Made by a program: the position numbers and the translations under genes
In this document: positions 38,869-49,151 of the stretch, in pieces
Layout: every line of letters begins with the position of its first letter
How positions within the stretch are numbered: the first letter of the stretch is position 1
The notes under the pieces: generated by a model
What the model was told of the DNA's origin: nothing
Databases searched by the model: none
What the model saw: the letters and a program-made list of their open reading frames with translations, nothing else
NCBI GenBank assembly: GCA_021831595.1
Contig: JAKBMK010000025.1
Location: 63,114-127,113 of the forward strand
DNA length: 64,000 nt
DNA from: a bacterium
Lineage (GTDB): Bacteria > Patescibacteriota > Minisyncoccia > Phycocordibacterales > UBA9973
Direction: 5' to 3'

Positions 38869-40969
38869 AGTATTTAAATTAAAGAGCAATTATAAGCCTG
38901 GTGGTGATCAACCAAAGGCAATTTCACAGTTGATAGAAGGGCTTGGGAAGGGGATGAAGAAACAAACCCTTCTAGGTGCAACTGGTACTGGGAAAACTTT
39001 TACTATTGCCAATGTCATAGCAGAGTGGGATAGACCAACTCTTGTTATTGCTCATAACAAAACTCTCGCTGCTCAACTTGCTCAAGAATTTCGTGAATTT
39101 TTTCCTGATGCGGCTGTTCACTACTTTGTTTCTTATTATGATTACTACCAACCAGAAGCGTATATGCCTGTGACAGATACATATATAGAAAAAGATGCAC
39201 AAATAAACAAAGAAATAGATAGACTTCGTCATGCGACGACACAATCTCTTTTAACTCGCCCTGATGTGATTATTGTGGCTTCTGTATCTTGTATATATGG
39301 ACTTGGAAGTCCAGAGGAATATGAAAAAGTGAATTTGAAATTAGAAATTGGGTCTAAAATCGAAAGGACTGATCTAATGAGAAAATTACTCGAGATTCAT
39401 TTTGAAAGAACTAATTCAGATCTAAATCCTGGAACCTTTCGGTCTATTGGAGATAGAGTTGAAGTCATGCCAATATCTGAGACTTTTGTCTATCAAATAG
39501 AATTTGAGAAAGGTAAAATATCTAAAATTTTAAAAGTAGATCCTGTGTCAGCTCATGTTTTGAAAGAAGAGAATAGCATTTTTCTTTTTCCATCAAAACA
39601 TTTTATTACAGACGAAGAGAATGTTAAAAGAGCTTTGAAAAATATTAAGTTAGAACTTGCAGGGCAGTTAAAGAAGTTTGAAAAGGAAGGCAAGCTGCTA
39701 GAAGCAGAGAGAATAAAAAGGCGAACGAATTATGACTTGGCAATGATTAAAGAAGTTGGGTATTGTAATGGGATAGAAAATTATTCTAGACAGTTTTCGG
39801 GAAAGAAAGAAGGAGAGGCCCCAGATACTCTATTGTCTTATTTTAAAGAAGATTTTCTTACTATTATCGATGAATCTCATGTGACACTACCACAGCTAGG
39901 CGGAATGTACGCCGGAGATGCTTCAAGAAAAAATACTTTGGTAGAATTTGGTTTTCGTCTTCCTTCTGCGAAGGATAATCGTCCTCTAAAATATAATGAA
40001 TTTGAAGAGAGGATTGGGGATGTTATTTATGTTTCTGCCACACCAAGCGAATTAGAAAGAAGTACTAGCGATCAGATAGTCGAGCAAATAATTCGTCCGA
40101 CTGGATTGATAGACCCAGAGATTTTAGTTAAGCCAGTATCTGTACAGAATACGTATCCTGGTCAGATTGAAGATTTTATAAAAGAAGCGGATAGAGTTAT
40201 CAAGAAAGGTTTCCGTGCTATTGCGACAACTCTGACAAAGAAAATGGCCGAAGATTTAACTTTATTCCTAAAAGAGAAAGGATATAAGGCCGAATATCTT
40301 CATAGTGATATCAAAACAATTGAAAGAATTCAGATACTAACTGCCTTTCGAAAAGGAGACTTTGATATTCTAATTGGAGTTAATTTGCTTCGAGAGGGTC
40401 TTGATCTCCCCGAGCTTGCATTGATCGGAATTCTTGATGCAGACAAGGAAGGATTCTTGCGTTCTACTACATCTCTTATTCAGATTATAGGACGTGCAGC
40501 TCGTAACGTAGAAGGACGAGTTGTTTTGTATGCTGATAATATTACAGGGTCTCTTGAAAGCGCTATAAATGAAACAACAAGAAGAAGAGATATACAGATA
40601 GCTTATAACAAGAAACATGGTATTACTCCAGCTACTATAATTAAAAAGATTAAAGATATCACAGAGGAACTTGAAAACAAACATGAAAAAGCTGTAAATG
40701 CTGAACTTGATTTAGATGTGGAATTATTCAAGAAGGTGTTTAGTAAGAGCAAGAGTAATCGTGGAAAAGGGGAGAGAGAGTCTATCAAGAATCTACTTCT
40801 TTCAGACGAAGATAGAAATAAAAATGTTTATGAGAAAATAATTAAAATAAAAGAAAAGGAAATGAATAAGGCGGTCAAAGAGTTGGACTTCGAATCAGCT
40901 GCTATCATCCGAGATGAAATTATTGTATTAAAAAACAAAATGGATAATATGAATAAAGATAAAAAATAA
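38852..40969 (+). CDS. uvrB: excinuclease ABC subunit B
   Basis: GDQPKAI, GATGTGKTFT Walker A, helicase motifs, C-terminal UVR domain (ESAAIIRDEIIVLK). Start at ATG 38852, overlapping tgt by 17 nt. Confidence 0.95.
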   Translation: MNTKNKVFKLKSNYKPGGDQPKAISQLIEGLGKGMKKQTLLGATGTGKTFTIANVIAEWDRPTLVIAHNKTLAAQLAQEFREFFPDAAVHYFVSYYDYYQPEAYMPVTDTYIEKDAQINKEIDRLRHATTQSLLTRPDVIIVASVSCIYGLGSPEEYEKVNLKLEIGSKIERTDLMRKLLEIHFERTNSDLNPGTFRSIGDRVEVMPISETFVYQIEFEKGKISKILKVDPVSAHVLKEENSIFLFPSKHFITDEENVKRALKNIKLELAGQLKKFEKEGKLLEAERIKRRTNYDLAMIKEVGYCNGIENYSRQFSGKKEGEAPDTLLSYFKEDFLTIIDESHVTLPQLGGMYAGDASRKNTLVEFGFRLPSAKDNRPLKYNEFEERIGDVIYVSATPSELERSTSDQIVEQIIRPTGLIDPEILVKPVSVQNTYPGQIEDFIKEADRVIKKGFRAIATTLTKKMAEDLTLFLKEKGYKAEYLHSDIKTIERIQILTAFRKGDFDILIGVNLLREGLDLPELALIGILDADKEGFLRSTTSLIQIIGRAARNVEGRVVLYADNITGSLESAINETTRRRDIQIAYNKKHGITPATIIKKIKDITEELENKHEKAVNAELDLDVELFKKVFSKSKSNRGKGERESIKNLLLSDEDRNKNVYEKIIKIKEKEMNKAVKELDFESAAIIRDEIIVLKNKMDNMNKDKK

Positions 40970-41244
40970 AAAAAGCCCAGCGCGAAGCATAGGCCTTTTC
41001 GTGAGTGATAGAAACTAAGAAAGGATTAGAAAATTAATCTCTATCTATTTTGAGAAAAACCGTACAGAACGGAATTGAGGCACCAGGCTGCCAACTAACC
41101 AGTTTGGACCTTGTCTCAATTAATTCGTTGTTATATTAGCTTAAATTATCATATTTGTCAAATGTGCCGTTTAGTGTTAGAATTAAGACAGTTAAATATA
41201 GATATACACCCCCTATGGCAAATGGGAGGTGTGAAATTTGTTAT

Positions 41245-43926
41245 ATGAGCAAAATCGATAAAAATCAAAGCAAAATAGTCATAAAAGGAGCTAGAACACA
41301 CAATCTGAAAAACATAAATGTGGAAATGCCTCGAAATAAAATGATAAGTATCACCGGAATGTCTGGTTCTGGGAAGTCTTCTTTGGCATTTGATACTATC
41401 TTTGCAGAAGGACAGAGACGCTATGTAGAAAGTCTTTCGGCTTATGCTCGTCAATTCCTTAATCAAATGCCAAAGCCTGATATAGATGAAATCTCGGGTC
41501 TTTCTCCGGCTATATCTATCGATCAGAAATCAAGATCAAACAATCCTCGCTCGACGGTTGCCACCATCACCGAGATATATGACTATCTTCGTGTTCTTTA
41601 TGCACGAGTGGGTCATCCACATTGTCCACTTTGTGGAGAAGAAATAAAAAAATTATCAAATGACGAGATACTTCATTTTGCAATAGACAAGATAAAAAAT
41701 TTTCAGAAGGATACAAAAAAGAAAAAAGTTATGGGGGTTGAATGGAATGAAGCTCCTATCTCAATCCTTTCACCTGTTGTTCGGGGCAGAAAGGGTGAAT
41801 ACTATCAACTTCTATATGATTTACTCAATAAAGGTTTTGCACAAGTAAGACTCGATGGTGAAATAAAGAAATTGAGAGAAAGAATAGATATAGCAAAAAC
41901 CAAAACTCATAATATTGAAGTAGTGGTTGATACTTTTGCCATACATGAATTTAAAGACAACGAAAAAGATTCTTACTCACGACTCGCAGAGAGTGTCGAG
42001 AGGGCACTCCTTGAATCCGATGGTCTAGTTATCATAAAAGTAGATGAAGATGAATATCTTATGTCTTCAAAGTTCTCATGTGCCAATGATGGATTTGCTT
42101 TCCCTGAGATAGAGCCTAGGCTTTTCTCTTTCAATTCTCCATATGGAGCATGTCCAACATGTAATGGTTTGGGTACTAAATACTTTGGAGGAGAAGAAGT
42201 TTGCGAAGATTGTAAGGGCCTCCGTCTTCGAACCGAGGCACTCCATGTATATCTTGGTAGTGATAAAAAAAGTATCGTTTCGCAGAAATATGCGAATTCT
42301 TCGCGCTTTACCCTAAAGGGCTCCGACGCGACTCAGAATTCGCATATTTCTGCTTCGCTTAATATTGTAGACGTTACAAAACTTTCTATATCTGATGTTG
42401 CGGATTATTTTATTCAATTAGAATTAACTGAACAAGAAAAAGAAATATCAAAAGTGGTAATTAGGGAGATAGAATCACGTATTCAATTTCTACTTAACGT
42501 AGGATTAGACTATTTGTCTTTAGATAGAAAGGCAAATACTCTTTCTGGTGGTGAGGCTCAAAGAATCAGGCTTGCTTCTCAGCTGGGGTCTAGACTTGTA
42601 GGAGCCTTGTATGTACTCGACGAACCGACAATAGGATTGCATCAGAGAGATAATGATAAACTTATAAAAACACTAGAAGATTTGAGGGATTTGGGGAATA
42701 CCATCATTGTTGTAGAACACGATGAGGATACTATATATGCCTCTGATTATATTGTTGATATAGGTCCCAAGGCTGGTGTTCACGGAGGAGAGGTCATTGT
42801 TTCTGGGTATCTAGATGAATTACTAGATGCTCCGACAAATGCTTCAAAATCTAGAACTTTGGCTTATTTGAGAAATGAAACTAGAATTGAAATTCCAGAA
42901 AAAAGGAGAACTAATGATAAAGGAAGTCTAAAAATAATTGGAGGGAAAATTTTTAATATTGATAATCTCAATGCTGAAGTGCCGCTTGGTAAACTTGTAA
43001 CCATCACTGGAGTATCTGGTTCTGGTAAAAGTTCTTTTATGTATGAAATTTTACACAAGAATTTACAAGCTAGATATGAGAGGAAATTTCGAACAGCTAA
43101 AACTTTTAACTGTGCATCTTTTACTGGTACTGAATATTTATCTCGTGTGGTCTTGATAGATCAGTCTCCAATAGGTAGGACTCCTCGTTCAAATATTGCT
43201 ACTTATGTAGGAGCATTTACTCATATAAGAGATTTATTCGCTTTAAGTGATGAAGCACGGCTAAAAGGATGGAAGTCTAATAGATTCTCTTTTAATGTGA
43301 AAGGGGGACGTTGCGAGGCCTGTGAAGGTAACGGAGAGGTGGCAGTTGAGATGCACTTCTTGCCGACGGTCTATGTGACTTGTGATGTCTGTAATGGAAA
43401 GAGATTTGATAAAGAGACATTGACTGTAAAATATAAAAAGAAAAACATATATGATGTCTTGCAGATGACAATAGAAGAAGGCTTGAAATTTTTTGAAGAT
43501 ATTCCTGCTATTTACGACAGAATGAAAACTCTAATGGATGTCGGCCTTGGCTATGTGAAGCTTGGTCAATCTGCGACGACACTCTCTGGAGGTGAAGCTC
43601 AGCGTGTAAAAATTTCAACAGAACTTTATAAACCATACTGGGAAAAGACTATTTATCTACTAGATGAACCAACGGTTGGATTGCACTATGATGATGTGGC
43701 CAAGCTTCTCGATGTTCTCAATAGACTTGTAGACAAAGGGAATAGTGTAGTGGTTATTGAACACAACATGGATATTATTAAATGTTCTGACCACATTATT
43801 GATATAGGACCTGAAGGTGGGCTTGGTGGTGGAAAAATTGTAGCAAAGGGAACCCCTGAAGAGATAGCAAATACACCTGGAAGTTATACTGGGAAATATC
43901 TTAAAAAGGTTTTGAAGAAGAAATAA
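41245..43926 (+). CDS. uvrA: excinuclease ABC subunit A
   Basis: [12 protein letters not shown], two ABC modules ([12 protein letters not shown]; LSGGEAQR x2), zinc fingers. SD GGAGGTG 14 nt upstream of ATG 41245. Confidence 0.95.
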   Translation: MSKIDKNQSKIVIKGARTHNLKNINVEMPRNKMISITGMSGSGKSSLAFDTIFAEGQRRYVESLSAYARQFLNQMPKPDIDEISGLSPAISIDQKSRSNNPRSTVATITEIYDYLRVLYARVGHPHCPLCGEEIKKLSNDEILHFAIDKIKNFQKDTKKKKVMGVEWNEAPISILSPVVRGRKGEYYQLLYDLLNKGFAQVRLDGEIKKLRERIDIAKTKTHNIEVVVDTFAIHEFKDNEKDSYSRLAESVERALLESDGLVIIKVDEDEYLMSSKFSCANDGFAFPEIEPRLFSFNSPYGACPTCNGLGTKYFGGEEVCEDCKGLRLRTEALHVYLGSDKKSIVSQKYANSSRFTLKGSDATQNSHISASLNIVDVTKLSISDVADYFIQLELTEQEKEISKVVIREIESRIQFLLNVGLDYLSLDRKANTLSGGEAQRIRLASQLGSRLVGALYVLDEPTIGLHQRDNDKLIKTLEDLRDLGNTIIVVEHDEDTIYASDYIVDIGPKAGVHGGEVIVSGYLDELLDAPTNASKSRTLAYLRNETRIEIPEKRRTNDKGSLKIIGGKIFNIDNLNAEVPLGKLVTITGVSGSGKSSFMYEILHKNLQARYERKFRTAKTFNCASFTGTEYLSRVVLIDQSPIGRTPRSNIATYVGAFTHIRDLFALSDEARLKGWKSNRFSFNVKGGRCEACEGNGEVAVEMHFLPTVYVTCDVCNGKRFDKETLTVKYKKKNIYDVLQMTIEEGLKFFEDIPAIYDRMKTLMDVGLGYVKLGQSATTLSGGEAQRVKISTELYKPYWEKTIYLLDEPTVGLHYDDVAKLLDVLNRLVDKGNSVVVIEHNMDIIKCSDHIIDIGPEGGLGGGKIVAKGTPEEIANTPGSYTGKYLKKVLKKK

Positions 43927-43928
43927 AA

Positions 43929-43966
43929 AAGAAGCTTCCAGTTTAATCCAAAAGCTTCTCTTTTCC
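43929..43966. terminator. terminator hairpin after uvrA (agaagctt..aagcttct + T-run)
   Basis: Direct reading. Confidence 0.55.
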
Positions 43967-43982
43967 TTTCTTTTTGATGTTA

Positions 43983-44288
43983 CTACGCAGCAAACGCTTC
44001 TTTTACAGAAGAGATAACCTTTTTAGCAATTTCACTTGCCTCGTCGATTTTATCTTCCAGCTTCTTTTCAAAGTAAAGCTTGTTTAATTCACAGATACCT
44101 CTCTCTGTGAATATGCTCTTTACTAAATCTTCAGGTTTTTTAATAAAATAAAAACCCTCGGATTCATCAAAGAACAAATCAAAGAAATGTTTGTTGATGA
44201 TCACCTTTTTTGAAACTCCCAATAGAGTTTTTAGGAAATTGTAGGCACCAGTTTTTGAATAGGCACCACTCGTCTGTGTGTCAATCAT
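43983..44288 (-). CDS. hypothetical protein (101 aa) antisense-oriented between uvrA and uvrC
   Basis: Open frame with no recognisable motif: acidic, no TM. Confidence 0.35.
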   Translation of the reverse strand: MIDTQTSGAYSKTGAYNFLKTLLGVSKKVIINKHFFDLFFDESEGFYFIKKPEDLVKSIFTERGICELNKLYFEKKLEDKIDEASEIAKKVISSVKEAFAA

Positions 44289-44350
44289 AAGCTCGATTTT
44301 TAATTGTTTAGTATTTGTACAAATATCATTTTTAATCTAATATAAACTAT

Positions 44351-45541
44351 ATGAATAGTCAACAGCTAAAAAAGATAGGCTTACCAGACAAGCCGGGTGT
44401 TTATTTCTTCAAAATGGGAGAAAAGATACTTTATATAGGTAAAGCCACATCGCTTCGTGACAGAGTAAGGAGCTATTTCTCTAAGGATCTTATAAGTACT
44501 CGTGGTCCTGCTGTTTTGGATATGACTGTTAAGTCAGATAATATTGATTGGCAAGAAACAGATAGCGTTCTCGAAGCTTTAATATTAGAAGCTAATCTCA
44601 TAAAGAAATATAAACCCAAATATAATACAAAAGAGAAAGATAATAAAAGCTTTAATTATGTTTGCACTAATAAAGAAACCCCGGCTAAGGTTTTAATTGT
44701 TCGGGGTAGGAATTTAGATAAAAGTTTATATAAAAATATTTTTGGACCTTTTCCAAATGGAGCACTTTTAAAAGATGCGATGAAAATAATCAGAAGAATT
44801 TTCCCATATTTTGATAATGATTCGAATAAAAAAAATAATAGAGAATTTTACAAACAGATAGGGCTTGTTCCTAAGGATGAGTATAATGAAAATATAAAAA
44901 ATATTAAACTTCTTTTTAGTGGTAAGAAGAAAAGTATAATTAAAAATCTTAAGATTAGAATGACGGCATTTTCAAAATCAAAAGATTTTGAAAATGCCGC
45001 TAGAATTCGAGACCAGATTTTTGCGCTTGATCATATTAATGATGTATCTCTCATAAAAGATGATTTATTAGAAGATAAAAATTCTAAATTAGAATCTAGC
45101 AGAATTGAAGCTTATGACATAGCTCATATGGGAGGCAAAAATATGGTGGGAGTTATGACTGTGGTTCTCAATGGAGAAGTAAATAAGAATGAATATAGGA
45201 AATTTATAATACGTACACAAGATAATGCCAATGATACGGGTGCACTCGAAGAGATTCTTTCTCGTCGTCTAAGACATACAGAATGGGGATTACCTAGCTT
45301 GATTGTGGTAGATGGTAGTACTGCTCAGGTGGGTATTGCGAAGAGAGTTCTTGATCGCTATCAATTTGATATACCGATAGTCGGAGTTGTAAAAGATGAA
45401 CGTCATAAGCCGAAGGCGATAATAGGAGATGAGAAAACAATAAAGACATACAAAAAGTATATTTTACTTGCTAATAATGAGGCCCATAGATTTGCGATAA
45501 CATTCCATAAACGAAAGAGAAGTAAAAGCTTTTTAAAATAA
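44351..45541 (+). CDS. uvrC: excinuclease ABC subunit C (short form lacking C-terminal HhH domain)
   Basis: GIY-YIG (GVYFFKMGEKILYIGKATSLRDRVRSY), UvrBC-interaction motif (AARIRDQIFALDHI), RNase H-like endonuclease region (YDIAHMGG...DEAHRFAITFH). Confidence 0.85.
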   Translation: MNSQQLKKIGLPDKPGVYFFKMGEKILYIGKATSLRDRVRSYFSKDLISTRGPAVLDMTVKSDNIDWQETDSVLEALILEANLIKKYKPKYNTKEKDNKSFNYVCTNKETPAKVLIVRGRNLDKSLYKNIFGPFPNGALLKDAMKIIRRIFPYFDNDSNKKNNREFYKQIGLVPKDEYNENIKNIKLLFSGKKKSIIKNLKIRMTAFSKSKDFENAARIRDQIFALDHINDVSLIKDDLLEDKNSKLESSRIEAYDIAHMGGKNMVGVMTVVLNGEVNKNEYRKFIIRTQDNANDTGALEEILSRRLRHTEWGLPSLIVVDGSTAQVGIAKRVLDRYQFDIPIVGVVKDERHKPKAIIGDEKTIKTYKKYILLANNEAHRFAITFHKRKRSKSFLK

Positions 45542-45566
45542 TTATTACTTGGTATAATGCACAGAT

Positions 45567-46565
45567 ATGATAAAAGTAGGGGTAATCCGTGGGGGAACAA
45601 GCTCTGAATATGAAGTATCTCTTAAAACGGGAGCCAATGTTCTTTCTCATTTAAGAGGAGATAAATTGAACAAAACTTATAAAGCTATCGATATATTTAT
45701 AGATAAAGAAGGTACCTGGCATATAAATGGCAAGCCAGTATCTATAGAGCAAGTATTTCATTCCGTCGATGTTATATTTAATGCACTTCATGGGGATTTT
45801 GGCGAGGACGGCAAGGTTCAGCAAATACTTGACCAATGGAAGATTCCTTATACTGGTTCTGGAGCTTTTGCTTCAGCTCTCGGATACAACAAAGTTTTAG
45901 CTAAAGAGCAATTCACTTCTTTGGGAGTAAAAACGCCCGGCCATATAGTAGTTCCTAAGTATGAAGAAGAAGCTGGTGTAGACATGGAATCTTATGCAAA
46001 GAAGATTGCAAAAGAGATTCATTCCAAGCTTGCTCCGTCTTGGATAGCCAAGCCTCTTTCTGGTGGTTCTTCTGTTGGTATGAAAATGTGTAAAACATAT
46101 CCAGAGTTAATTAGCGCCTTTTTAGAAGGAGTTAATAGAGAAGTTGATGTTCTTGTAGAAGAGATGATAGAAGGGAAAGAAGCAACGGTAGGAGTAGTTG
46201 ATAATTTCAGAGGCAAGAAAGTATACGTATTGCCTTCAACTGAAATACAACTTCCAAAAGGAAAAGATTTTTTTGATTATGAAGCAAAATATGTTTCAGC
46301 TGAATATATTTGCCCTGGTAATTTTTCAAGAAAAGAAAAAGAAGAGTTAGAAAAGTTGGCGACTCTAATACATGAAGGTCTTAGTCTTAGTCACTATTCT
46401 CGAAGTGATTTTATTATTCATCCAAAAAAGGGGATATATGCGCTAGAAGTGAATACGTTGCCTGGTTTGACTGATCATTCTCTTATCCCTAAGATGCTTC
46501 ATGCGGTGGGATCTGATGTTCCTACTTTTATAGATCATATAATTAAGCTTGCTTTAAAAAAATAA
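45567..46565 (+). CDS. ddl: D-alanine--D-alanine ligase
   Basis: ATP-grasp. N-terminal VGVIRGGTSSEYEVSL, HGDFGEDGKVQQILD, C-terminal EVNTLPGLT. Confidence 0.9.
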   Translation: MIKVGVIRGGTSSEYEVSLKTGANVLSHLRGDKLNKTYKAIDIFIDKEGTWHINGKPVSIEQVFHSVDVIFNALHGDFGEDGKVQQILDQWKIPYTGSGAFASALGYNKVLAKEQFTSLGVKTPGHIVVPKYEEEAGVDMESYAKKIAKEIHSKLAPSWIAKPLSGGSSVGMKMCKTYPELISAFLEGVNREVDVLVEEMIEGKEATVGVVDNFRGKKVYVLPSTEIQLPKGKDFFDYEAKYVSAEYICPGNFSRKEKEELEKLATLIHEGLSLSHYSRSDFIIHPKKGIYALEVNTLPGLTDHSLIPKMLHAVGSDVPTFIDHIIKLALKK

Positions 46566-46567
46566 AT

Positions 46568-47407
46568 ATGAAAATCTCAATCCTAGGTCATGGTGTTTTT
46601 GGTTCTGCTATTGCTTCACGTTTGGTTTTAAATAAACATACAATTATAAAAGAAAAAATAAAAGATAGTGATGCGATTTTGGTTTCTGTACCTTCTTATG
46701 CTGTAGTTGGGGTACTTACGTCTCATAAAGACGAAATTACAGATCAAAGAATAATTATTTGCTCAAAAGGTTTTGATAAGGATGGTGGTTTGTTTTCGTA
46801 TGCACTAGAGAAAGAATTTCCTAATAATAAAATATACTTTTTGTATGGTCCGACTTTGGCAGAAGAGTTAAGAGCTGGGGTCTTTTCTGTAATGGTACTA
46901 GCTGGAGGCGAAGGAAAAGAAAAATTGAAAGAAGAAATAGAACTCGAAAATCTACGCATTCAATTATCTGAAGATATAGTAGGAGTCCAAGTAGGGGCTG
47001 CTCTCAAGAATACTGTAGGTATATTCGTAGGACTTGTAGAAGGAGCGGGTTATGGAGAAAACACACAAGGTTTTGTTTATTCTAAAGGATTACAAGAAAT
47101 ACAAAAAATAGGCATATATATGGGGGCAAAGCCTGAAACATTTTTAGGATTTACTTGTGCTGGTGATTTATTCTTGCGATCACGAAGCCGTATGTTGGGG
47201 ATTGAGATAGGGAAGGGTAGATCTTTTGATGAGGTTTCTAAGGAAATGACATATCCTAAAGAAGGTATTTCATCTCTAAATAATATACTCAAAATGGCCA
47301 ATACTTTGGAGGGTGTTGATTTGAGATTTTTTAGATTAATACATGCAGTTGTATTTGAAGGCATGTCCGTTCATGATGCGGTTAGAAAATTGGCCGAAAT
47401 AATCTAA
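46568..47407 (+). CDS. gpsA: NAD(P)H-dependent glycerol-3-phosphate dehydrogenase (short form)
   Basis: N-terminal GHGVFG dinucleotide fold, GPTLAEEL, GAALKNTVGIFVGLVEG. Confidence 0.7.
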   Translation: MKISILGHGVFGSAIASRLVLNKHTIIKEKIKDSDAILVSVPSYAVVGVLTSHKDEITDQRIIICSKGFDKDGGLFSYALEKEFPNNKIYFLYGPTLAEELRAGVFSVMVLAGGEGKEKLKEEIELENLRIQLSEDIVGVQVGAALKNTVGIFVGLVEGAGYGENTQGFVYSKGLQEIQKIGIYMGAKPETFLGFTCAGDLFLRSRSRMLGIEIGKGRSFDEVSKEMTYPKEGISSLNNILKMANTLEGVDLRFFRLIHAVVFEGMSVHDAVRKLAEII

Positions 47408-47409
47408 TC

Positions 47410-48057
47410 TTATTTTTTACGGAATAAATCTATTATATAAAAGACGTAACGAGTGCCATTTTTTGAGAGGTTGAACAATATCGCAAGAGTGAAGAGCACA
47501 ATGGCAAGATTGATACTTATAAATGAGACGAAGATAGCAAGTATAGCAGAAATGATAGGGAAGATGACATGCATAAGAGCGTGTTCGTTTTCAGTTTTGG
47601 TGAAAGGTGTATTCTCAATAGTTTGGGATTTTATAGCATATCTACGCATTGCAAAAAGAGAAAATCCAATAAGAATAATATTCAATGCGAAAACCACAAC
47701 AGCTGTTTCTGAATAAATGTAAGTTCCTAGAAAATGAGAAGAGAATGGTACAAGTCCAACTAGAAAGAAAAATATACCATTTAAATTTGCAAAGCTAGTA
47801 TCGATGTTTTTGACTAAAACAGAGGCAATAAAATGATGGCTTCTCCAGTATGTAAAAATGAGAGAGAAGCTTAGTAGGTAACTTAAGAAAAGAGGATATA
47901 TGTTAATCAGGGAATTTATTAAAACTCTTTCAGATATTATCCCCGCATATTCTGGAACTCGTATTTCAAAAACGAGAATGGTCATAACTATAGCAAAAAT
48001 GCTATCTGCTAACTGATCTAATCTAAATTGTTTCATCATATGTATATATTCTATCAT
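47410..48057 (-). CDS. TMEM175/DUF1211-family membrane protein (putative K+ channel homolog)
   Basis: FRLDQLADSIFAIVMTILVFEI matches the RxxxFSDGVFAIAITLLVLEI signature, with a downstream YWRSHH motif. Six hydrophobic segments. Confidence 0.65.
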   Translation of the reverse strand: MIEYIHMMKQFRLDQLADSIFAIVMTILVFEIRVPEYAGIISERVLINSLINIYPLFLSYLLSFSLIFTYWRSHHFIASVLVKNIDTSFANLNGIFFFLVGLVPFSSHFLGTYIYSETAVVVFALNIILIGFSLFAMRRYAIKSQTIENTPFTKTENEHALMHVIFPIISAILAIFVSFISINLAIVLFTLAILFNLSKNGTRYVFYIIDLFRKK

Positions 48058-48435
48058 ATTAGCTGTTTAAACAAAATGAAAAGCCTGTATTTGTAACAGG
48101 CTTTCAAGATAATAGTACGAAGATAATAATTAAATTATCTAAGGTATAGTACAAGGTATCTTAAAAGCTAATCCTCCGTTATCAAGATAATCATGGATTA
48201 TCATAATTATCATCTTTGGTGATAGCTTAAGACTAGGACAACATTCTCAGTCGTCATACCAGGGCAAATTAGTTTAATGGAACTCCGGGCAGGATACCAG
48301 TTAAAACTTCTTTTGTTTCGGATGTGTCTGGGTATCCAACAGGAGCCCAATCATGTATATGCATAAATATCAAAATTGATTTCCTCTACCTTATCATAAT
48401 GATTATTTTAAGGCAAGGAATGGTATTCCATGTCT

Positions 48436-49017
48436 TTATTTGAAGATTTCTTCTATAAGTTCGGTAAGGTTCTTTTTATTCTTGTTTGAGAATGGGATTA
48501 TTTTGCAATTACCGTGGACCATTTCCTCTAAATCTTTTATCTTTTTGTGATATTCACTTTGGGTTAGTTTATCTGTCTTGTTTGCGACGATTACAAAATC
48601 TTTATCGTGATTTATAAGTTCGTTCAGCATAAGTATATCTTTGTCTGTCATACCAACGTTCGCATCTATTATCATTACTAGTTTTTTCTGAGGGTAGATA
48701 GAGTTGAATAAATATGAGTCTATGAGTTCTCCTATTTTCTCTCGCCCTATGCCAGATGCACGAGCAAAACCGTATCCAGGTAAATCTACAAAGTAATAAG
48801 AATCATTCAAATCGTTTTTAACTAGAAAAATATTTATTTCTTGAGTTCTACCTGGGAATGAACTAGTACGAGAAGAGCTACTCTGAGTGATAGTATTAAT
48901 AAGACTTGATTTGCCGACATTTGAACGTCCAACAAAAGCTATTTGAGGTGTGCCATCACCCAAAATACTGTCGTCTCCAACGAGCCCCTTTATAAACTTG
49001 GTAGAAGTTATTTTCAT
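48436..49017 (-). CDS. engB: ribosome-biogenesis GTPase EngB/YsxC
   Basis: IAFVGRSNVGKSSLIN (G1), DLPGYGFA (G3), NKTDK (G4). Confidence 0.9.
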   Translation of the reverse strand: MKITSTKFIKGLVGDDSILGDGTPQIAFVGRSNVGKSSLINTITQSSSSRTSSFPGRTQEINIFLVKNDLNDSYYFVDLPGYGFARASGIGREKIGELIDSYLFNSIYPQKKLVMIIDANVGMTDKDILMLNELINHDKDFVIVANKTDKLTQSEYHKKIKDLEEMVHGNCKIIPFSNKNKKNLTELIEEIFK

Positions 49018-49025
49018 TTAATTTG

Positions 49026-49099
49026 TGGACCCTACAGGACTCGAACCTGCCACCTCCTCATTGCAAATGAGGCGCTCTAGCCAGATGAGCTAAGGGCCC
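49026..49099 (-). tRNA. tRNA-Ala (anticodon UGC), no encoded CCA
   Basis: GGGCCCTTAGCTCATCTGGCTAGAGCGCCTCATTTGCAATGAGGAGGTGGCAGGTTCGAGTCCTGTAGGGTCCA. G3:U70 identity pair present. Confidence 0.9.
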
Positions 49100-49151
49100 G
49101 GCTAAACACCTCTATATATTACCTTATTTTTTATTTTTTGCAACTCTTATT

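Noticed and set aside
41155-41244. ORF-track N-terminal extension of uvrA containing Cys residues
   Set aside because: The canonical UvrA N-terminus ([12 protein letters not shown]) starts right after ATG 41245, which has a proper GGAGGTG SD. The extension is intergenic read-in.
48221-48365. Plus-strand TPP-riboswitch-like or RNase P CR-I-like fragments (CTGAGA on minus strand; GGAACTCCGGGC on plus strand)
   Set aside because: Only one short conserved block each. None of the other obligatory conserved elements of TPP aptamers or RNase P RNA are present, and the region is far too AT-rich. Kept only as an unexplained non-coding region.
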